Shown piece by piece: positions 55,753-64,000 of a stretch of 64,000 bases of DNA. The DNA is from the human T2T-CHM13v2.0 reference genome, Homo sapiens. Each line of letters opens with the position of its first letter. Position 1 is the first letter of the stretch. The notes under the pieces are model-generated. The model saw only the letters and a program-made list of their open reading frames with translations. It was not told where the DNA came from and did not search any database. The DNA lies in the NCBI RefSeq assembly GCF_009914755.1, contig NC_060935.1, one strand, 5' to 3'. The position numbers were made by a program, and so were the translations under genes.

Positions 55753-55923
55753 GAATGATGCGCTATCCTGGGACAGAGCTGTGGGCCCCAGCCCTGTATG
55801 GAATGGAGATCCCAGATCCTGAGGGCTCGGGGCTCATGGTGCCTATCCTGGGCATGGAGCATGATGAGAATTCTGGCGATGCCACACCGCTGGCAGGCTC
55901 AATGGAAGACGCTGATGGCAAAG
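55753..55923 (+). pseudogene. Pseudo-exon 17 (acceptor AG>GG at 55751-55752)
   Basis: Polypyrimidine tract then gttGG|MMRYPGTELWAPALYGMEIPDPEGSGLMVPILGMEHDENSGDATPLAGSMEDADGK-g|gtagga. Confidence 0.85.
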
Positions 55924-56342
55924 GTAGGAGAGAACTTTGGACCTCTGAGAGCTCAGGAATGTGACTTAGCTCTGGGAGAGAAAACCCCCTAAAGCTCAGG
56001 AGGGGTACCCATGTGCCAAGGGAAGGGGTCATTCTGGTCTTCTGCTAGGGCTGCTGAGACCCAAAATTAAAGGTGCCCAAAGATTCCAAAACCCCAGGAC
56101 CATAAATCATGTATGTCTCCCCTAGATTATTGGGTCCTTTCAAAGACCAGCACTTCAGAAACTCACCACCCACCCCCACGCCAGGGCTGTGGCCACCAGG
56201 AGCCCTATAATCCAGCTTAGAGCCCTTTGAAGGGCAAAAGGAGGTCAGGGGCTCTTCTGGCTTCCTTTTTGCCAGAAAAAGGACCTGCCTTCCTTCCCCA
56301 TCTCTGGTTTCTAAAGCCAGTGGTGGGCTTGGCATCCCACAG

Positions 56343-56500
56343 GTCTAATCCCAATCTCGATTGGGGCTCAAGCCATAGACCCCTGGACTAGGAAGCCTGG
56401 TCCTGTCATTGGAGCTCAAACGGATCTCTCTGCCAGAGTGGTGGTGCCCGTTGTCCAGGTGCTGGAGGCTTTACCTCGGGGAGTGAGAGACCCTGGTCTG
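56343..56500 (+). pseudogene. Pseudo-exon 18
   Basis: ccacag|LIPISIGAQAIDPWTRKPGPVIGAQTDLSARVVVPVVQVLEALPRGVRDPGL|gtatgt. Confidence 0.87.
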
Positions 56501-57607
56501 GTATGTAGGGGGGTTTATTGTATTCATTTATTCATTCATTCATTCACTCAGCAACTACATATTGAGAGCTGTGTTCCAGGCAACATGTTAGGCATTGAGA
56601 TACAAGGACAACTAGATAGGGCTCCCAAGGAACTGGCTGGCCATGGGTCCCAAACAGTGGGTGGTTCACAAGGGTGTTAAGAAAGCTCAGGGGAGGGCAT
56701 CTCAACACACACAGGAGAGCTCAAGGCTTCCCAAATGAGGTAATGCACGCAGCAGAGAGACAGCAGAGAAAGTCACTCCAGCCTCGGGGAAAGCAAATGC
56801 AAAGGCAGCAAGTATGAGAAATGTATCTTCTATCATGAAAGCCACGGGGAGCTGCTGAAGGGTTCTCAGACATGGGATATAATCAAATATAAATGCAAGA
56901 CTTTAAATTTTTGAAAATATGAAACAATACAAAACATAAGTTACTCATACAATTTTAAAGTATGTCAATGAAGAAGCAAAAGCTTTCCTGCCCATTCCTC
57001 TCCCTCCACCCACAGTCAACACCCCCATGGCATCCCCATCCAGGCACTCTTTACCTCTCCCCCTGTCTCTCCCACCAAACCCAGCCACTTCACAAGTTGG
57101 CACACCTCCTCCCATTTATTTTTATGTTTATGTATGTGTAGGTACAGTCAGCGTTCTAGAAAGCTCTCCCTGGCAGCTGTGCGGAGGATGGATGGGAGTG
57201 GGGCCAGACTAGCAGAGGAAGCCCCGTCAGGAGGTTATTGCGGTAATTCAGCCATTGGCAGATCTCCACCACAATGAAAATGATTTAGGGCCCCCATACA
57301 TTCTCAGTCTGGTTACGTTTCAGAAACTGTGATAAAAGGTATGTGATAAATAAAAGGTTCTTGTTAGAAGCCAAGAAATTTCAATTCTAGCCCTGACACC
57401 ACTGTTTCACAGGTCAGTATGTCTTCACGATATGAGGAGGGTGAGAACAATTTCCTGCCGCCACGTGCCTGTCTCCTCTGGACTTCCCAAGAGAGGAGTG
57501 GGGGCAGGAGGCATGGGGGACTCTGGAGCAGGTGTCACCAGGAGGGAGGGAGGAACCAGGGAGCTTGAAGAAAATGTATGGTTATTTTTCTAGCTAAAAC
57601 CACGTTG

Positions 57608-57870
<263 letters not shown>

Positions 57871-58023
57871 TAAAACCAAGTTGATGGCCTCACCAAGTTT
57901 AGTCATAGATACCCAAGGTCAGGGAGGGCCATTACCCTGTGAAACTTTGGGGATCTACGGCTGGACCACGTGGGGCCATGAGCAGAAAAAGCCAGTAAGC
58001 CCTAAACAGGCTGGATATTGTAG

Positions 58024-58164
58024 CTGGACATCCTGGAGCAGGAGTTGAGAGCCCAGGAGCAGTACTGGTGCCACCAGGAACAGGAGGAGGAGCAGCTACT
58101 GGAACAGCTGGGGCACCTCAGCCAGGAGCTCCACTCCACGGCAGAAAGTGGCGCTGAGCAGCAG
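58024..58164 (+). pseudogene. Pseudo-exon 19, coiled coil
   Basis: ttgtag|LDILEQELRAQEQYWCHQEQEEEQLLEQLGHLSQELHSTAESGAEQQ|gtgagg. Confidence 0.85.
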
Positions 58165-58446
58165 GTGAGGCCCAGAGGCACCACCTCACAGTCCCCACCC
58201 ATCTGCCAAGATTGCACAGTTTTCTCTTTGAAAGTTTGGAGTCCTTTTCTCCCTCAACCATGGGAATGAAATCCATCTCAGAAAAGACACAGTCCCAAGA
58301 TTCCCCAGCCCCAGGCCCAAGATTTCAGTCACCCCTAAGTATCTAAGCAGGACAGAGGTAGGGGAGGAAAAGCAAACAGGAGCCCCACCCAGAGCTCCTG
58401 CCTTCCCCTCCGAGGCCCATTCCTTTGTCCCTTCTGTCCTACATAG

Positions 58447-58564
58447 CTGAAGGCTGAAGAGGAGGCCTGCCAGGCCCTTGAGTCCCGCTACCTGCAGGAG
58501 ATGGAGAGAAGAGCCAGGGCTCTGAGCACACACAGCAGCCCAGAGCGGGGCCTGCTCTCTCAAG
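58447..58564 (+). pseudogene. Pseudo-exon 20
   Basis: acatag|LKAEEEACQALESRYLQEMERRARALSTHSSPERGLLSQ-g|gtggga. Confidence 0.85.
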
Positions 58565-58807
58565 GTGGGAAAGCATCTCCTAGGCTCAGATCCCCACAGC
58601 AGAAATCTCCAGGGAGTGCATCACCACAGATAGCTGCCCCGTGGGGAGCCCCTCCTGCCCTCTGAATGTGCTCAGCTCTCCCAGGCTCAGCCAGGCCCTG
58701 GCTCTTACCTGCAGGTTCCCCTGACTCCGATAATCTATTGTCTTTTCTTCTCCTCCCTACCCCTGGTGGTGGTCGCTGCCATGTGGCCTTTTCTCTGCCA
58801 TTTGCAG

Positions 58808-58986
58808 CAGAGAGGAGTGGGAACAGGAGGCACAGGTGGTGCTAGGTATGCAGAAGGTCCTGCAGTTTAGGGCAGGCAGCAGAAAAGCTTAGGCAAGCAG
58901 CTGGCCGGCTGCAGGGCCAGGAGGAGGAGATGCGGCTGCAGCAAAGCAGGAATCAGAGCCCACAGGTCTGGAACCGCCCCAGGAAG
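58808..58986 (+). pseudogene. Pseudo-exon 21 (two indels)
   Basis: ttgcag|[fs]EWEQEAQVVLGMQKVLQ[fs ~58866]LGQAAEKLRQAAGRLQGQEEEMRLQQSRNQSPQVWNRPRK|gtgacg; TAG at 58843 in the spliced frame. Confidence 0.8.
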
Positions 58987-59175
58987 GTGACGCTCTGAGG
59001 CTGACAAGGGTCCCCACATGTGATGAGCACATCCTCCCACATCATCAGATGTGGCTCTTCAGGGCAATGTAATATTCAGGGGTAGGTGGGCTCAAGGAAC
59101 CTTGGATGTGCCAGAAGGGGAGTGAGAAGAAAGAAGGCTCATCTTAACTTGGCCATTACGTTCCCTGTGTTGTAG

Positions 59176-59301
59176 GTGGTTCAGCGTCCCTCTGATGAGT
59201 TTCAGTGGGTGGTGAGGGAGAGACAGAACTTCCTGGCTAAGGCCCTGGGTCAGCTGCAGTACCGACGGGAGTGGAGCTGCCTCCAGCTGTTGCACACCCA
59301 G
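59176..59301 (+). pseudogene. Pseudo-exon 22
   Basis: ttgtag|VVQRPSDEFQWVVRERQNFLAKALGQLQYRREWSCLQLLHTQ|gtgctg. Confidence 0.83.
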
Positions 59302-59439
59302 GTGCTGATCCCTGGACTGGACTTGGCTGAGGAGATCTGTATTTCCATCTTTGATAGGGGGCCTCAGAAAGAGACTCCCAAGGCAACCACGTGGGACAGG
59401 TGGGGACCAAGCATGGAACTCTGTGCTATTTCATCCTAG

Positions 59440-59620
59440 ATGATTGCCTCAAGAACCCCTGTGTGTTTGGAGAATTACCCTGGAGACATATTCTATGGAA
59501 CAGTCACCACTTCTCTCAGGGACCGGGCTGCTACCTGCCCCCTGTTGATCCCATTCCTGAAGCAGCTCACTGCAGCGCTAGTAGGAGCTCCAGGGCTGGA
59601 GGATCAGAGGCCAGAAACAG
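59440..59620 (+). pseudogene. Pseudo-exon 23
   Basis: tcctag|MIASRTPVCLENYPGDIFYGTVTTSLRDRAATCPLLIPFLKQLTAALVGAPGLEDQRPET-g|gtcagg. Confidence 0.8.
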
Positions 59621-59763
59621 GTCAGGCTGGTCCCTATTCCAGCGTTGTCTTCTGCAGCCAATCCTGGCCATTTCAATAGGTCCTAATGCTACACTTAGAA
59701 TTCCCAGCACCATAGGCGTGTGTCCCCAGTAGGTTCTTTAGGAAGAACATTAGAGGAACCAAA

Positions 59764-60599
<836 letters not shown>

Positions 60600-60689
60600 T
60601 CCAATGCTACAGCTGGCTCCTTTTGGCTTTGGCCACAACCCTAGGCCCTCACCTCAATAACTATTTTATTCCCCTCTGTTTGGATACAG

Positions 60690-60806
60690 ATAAAGCTGAC
60701 ATCATCTGGACTTCACCATTCTTCTCCATCCTGAAGAAAACAGACATCTGGTCCCAAGCCCACAAGGAAGAAGCTGAATTGCAAAAATAAGTGTATCACA
60801 AACCAG
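60690..60806 (+). pseudogene. Pseudo-exon 24 (in-frame TAA at 60788-60790)
   Basis: atacag|KADIIWTSPFFSILKKTDIWSQAHKEEAELQK*VYHKP-g|gtaacc; phase 1-1 fits its neighbours. Confidence 0.7.
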
Positions 60807-62724
60807 GTAACCTTTTCCCTTGTAGCTCCTGTTTGGGATTCTCATGGGGGGCACTGAAGGTATGTGATGGGGTAACCCCTGGGATCTAGGAATGTTAGAA
60901 TCCTGCCTTGCCAAACATCTCTTTCTCTCTACCCCCACACTAAAGTTCCCCAAGTGATTTTCCCATATAAGGAATAACAAATAGGAATCAAAGTACCCTT
61001 ATAACTATAACTGAGCAAATTTCCAAAAGGGAATTTCCAAAGGCCCCCTGCCTTCCCCATCAAACATGAATCTAAATCTTGGGACTTCACCCCATACCAG
61101 CCAGCCACATGTTAGAAGGAGCTAATGTAAAGGTGTGAGGCAGGAAAGGGAAAAAATGAAAAGGGAAAAAAACAGAAGAAATGAACGAAGAGAAGACCTT
61201 GCTCCCCAAAGGGACCCCAGATCACTTTACCAATACCACTCCTTGGAATTGGAAGTCAAGAGAGCACGTGGCTTTCCTAACCTGAAGAGCCAGGTCCGTT
61301 TCAACTCACACACATCCCAAGTGGAAGAGAAGTAACAGAAAATGCATGTGTGCCTTTCAGTAGACCACAGTGCAGGGCTCCAGGTAAGCACAGCACCATG
61401 AACACCCCTGAACTTGAGCAGGGAAGTGCAAACTATGGCCCACTCCATACCTCCAACTCCAACCTGCTACCTGTTTTTGCATGGCCCACAAGCTAAGAAA
61501 GATTTTACATTTTAAAATGATTAGAGAAAAAATGACAAAAGAAGAATAAAAATTTTATGGAGTGCTTTATAATATGCCACATACTATTCTAACTCTTTAG
61601 ATGTATTAACTCATTTACTTTTTACAACAACCCAGTAAACTATGTACTATTACTCATCTTATAGATGAGGGAACTGAAGCTCCTGGATAGGTCAAGAAAG
61701 TATTCAAAGATCATATTGCTAGTGAGTAGTTCAGCTGGAATTCAATCCCCAAGAGTCTTTCCCCAGACCCTGTGCTCCTCACGTGCTTCCTCAAATGAAA
61801 AGTTGTTCAACACTATGAAGGCAGTGCCAAAAGAAGATGCAGGTAACACATTTTGGTGAGTTCCCAGGAGGGCAGATCACTTGCTTTTCTGGACCAGAGA
61901 AGCAAGAGAAGGCTTTGTAGGAGAATGAGGCCATGCTTCTACCGTGAGGAAAGGGAACACTAACTTTGAACCCTAATTTTGGCTTTTGGCTAACAAAGCC
62001 TAAAATACTTACTATCTGGCCCTTTCCAGAAAAAAAAAGTTTACTGACTCCAGAGAACTTGACCAATCTCATTATTAATTCCTCCTTTCTTTGGGTGAAA
62101 CTAGGAAGGGAATGGCAGAGAAATGAGCTCTCCTTTAAGGGTTCCCAGCCCCACTTCAACCTTCGTCTTGCCATTATACTGGCCTTGTAATTTTGAGAGT
62201 AATTTTATATACATTATCTTGTTTATATCTTCTAGTTCTAGAAGATAGTAGAAGGTTATTAATTACTTTTTAATAGATGAGAACTGATGCTCAAAGAAGT
62301 TCAGTGACTTTCTTGGGGTCTTATAGAACCTGGGCCAGAACACAGGTCTTCTGACTGCTACTTCAGCAGTCTTCCCTAAACTTTGCTACCAATCCATTCT
62401 TTATTGTTCTCTCAAAAACAATTAAAAAAATAGAAATTTTAAATACTCAAGGCCATTACAGACATTCCGTACAGATATTGTAGGGAAGTAAGATTCTTAA
62501 ATATATTTAACATTTGCTGAATGCTTTCTATGTACTAGACACTGTTCTGAGTATATTACATTTAATGCTCCAAGCAACTCAAGGAAATAGAAGAAGAAAA
62601 TCTGTTGCCATCTTCTGTGGACCCTCATTCTGTCCTAGCCCCTCTGTTCCTATTGACTGAAAATCATTTTTTCCATAAAGGTGGACAGAAGACCATGTAG
62701 CATGATGCATATATAGCACAGGAG

Positions 62725-62768
62725 GATGGATGGGTGGGTGGATGGATGGATGGATGGATGATAGATGG
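62725..62768. repeat. (TGGA)n microsatellite
   Basis: Direct reading of the sequence. Confidence 0.9.
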
Positions 62769-62868
62769 TTGCAATAAACCTTTTCCTAAATTGAGTTGTG
62801 TTGTTAACATATCATTATTGTACAGAAAAGTTAGTGAAATTATTACTGGTTTCTCCTGATCTCTGTAG

Positions 62869-63020
62869 ACCCAAAGAGCTCTCTGCAGGATCTTCTAAAA
62901 CCTCAGACACTGCAGAAGGAAGAGTTGATAACTGTGCAACCCACTGACCTTTCTGCCAGGGAGTTTGTGGTTTACCAGTATGGCCTCTCCATCCTGCACC
63001 TCCTTATCCCCCAGCTTCAT
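62869..63020 (+). pseudogene. Pseudo-exon 25
   Basis: ctgtag|PKSSLQDLLKPQTLQKEELITVQPTDLSAREFVVYQYGLSILHLLIPQLH|gtaagt. Confidence 0.88.
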
Positions 63021-63687
63021 GTAAGTCTTGTTTCTGGCCTCTCTATGGAGCAGTTACTCATGGAGCCTAGAAGGTCAGGGTAGCCAGGAAGAAGCCTTTG
63101 AGATGGCAGATATTCCCTAGGATTAAGCACCTGGAACAGCAAACTTTCTAGTCTCTCCTTTAAGGGGATTTATGGGAGTTATTTTACCAATCCAAAGTCT
63201 AATCTCTCGAATGATATTAATCACAGGTAGAATGAATTAGTCACTTTCTACATGCCAGAAAATATTCTAATAACTTCCATTAATTAACTCATGTAATCCT
63301 CAAAAAACCCTATGAGACAGATACTATTATTTTTCCTATTTTAAAATTGAGCAGAAGAGACACAGTGGTTACATAAACTTACCCAAGATCACACAGCCAA
63401 AAAGGCAGAGCCAAGGTTAAAATCTAGGCATCATGGCTCAAATCTCTCTAGTCTAGTCAAGTTCTATTTAGAAAAGTAGTAAATTGATTGTCATATTTAG
63501 CATAAATATTAAATATGCAGTTACTCTTTCCATTTTCCTGTATACTAAGCCTACTTACCCTGTTGCAATTTAAATTAATGCCCCAATGCATTTACTTCTC
63601 ATCAATTTGGCTGATGCCACGTAGCTGAGATGCATGAGAATTTTTTAGCAAAAGGATAGGTTTGGTTTTGTTTTTTATTCTTTTCAG

Positions 63688-63774
63688 GCTCCAGAAATCA
63701 CCCTGAAGATTTCTTCTCATCTTCCTGCCATGGAAGCCCAAGGCAGTGCCTTCCAAGGTGCCTTCTTCTACCAG
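63688..63774 (+). pseudogene. Pseudo-exon 26 (last in window)
   Basis: tttcag|APEITLKISSHLPAMEAQGSAFQGAFFYQ|gtgctg; no stop, so the gene continues. Confidence 0.85.
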
Positions 63775-64000
63775 GTGCTGCAAATTCATTCCCAGATGTG
63801 GGTTATAAAATTCTGGGGTCCAGTATAGATAAATGAAAGCAAAAAGAACAAATTTTATAATTTTTTCCTAAAATCCTGACATACTTTATTCCCTCCTGGA
63901 AATAAGTCATTTAGCTAAGGCATAATAAATGTCACAGTGTAAGAGCTTTCTCTAATCAGTAAAATGAATATGTTCTGGCTTGTGCCCAGAGAAGCATAAT

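Overview
Primate (human-like) genomic DNA, dense in Alu, MIR, L2, L1 and MaLR/ERV1 LTRs. There is no intact protein-coding gene, RNA gene or CRISPR array. The first ~43 kb is intergenic-looking and repeat-rich, with a small CpG-rich promoter-like patch near 32.9 kb. The main discovery is on the + strand from ~44.2 kb to the window end: a decayed, intron-containing gene that the ORF track fragments and hides. I reconstructed 26 exons by hand (~4.66 kb, ~1,550 codons) whose splice phases chain correctly. They encode the remnant of a large single-pass membrane protein: Cys-rich ephrin-receptor-like (GCC2/GCC3-type) repeats, a globular ectodomain, a broken transmembrane segment, a coiled coil, a run of D/N/H-P-x-T-G hairpin-like repeats, a second coiled coil, and a C-terminal domain that continues past the window. 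It carries at least 11 disabling lesions (frameshifts, nonsense codons, two destroyed splice acceptors), so it is an unprocessed, probably unitary, pseudogene. I found no 5' end or signal peptide. A 151-bp duplicate of one exon, fused to a truncated MER33, lies just upstream and may mark a rearrangement. I cannot name the locus with confidence.
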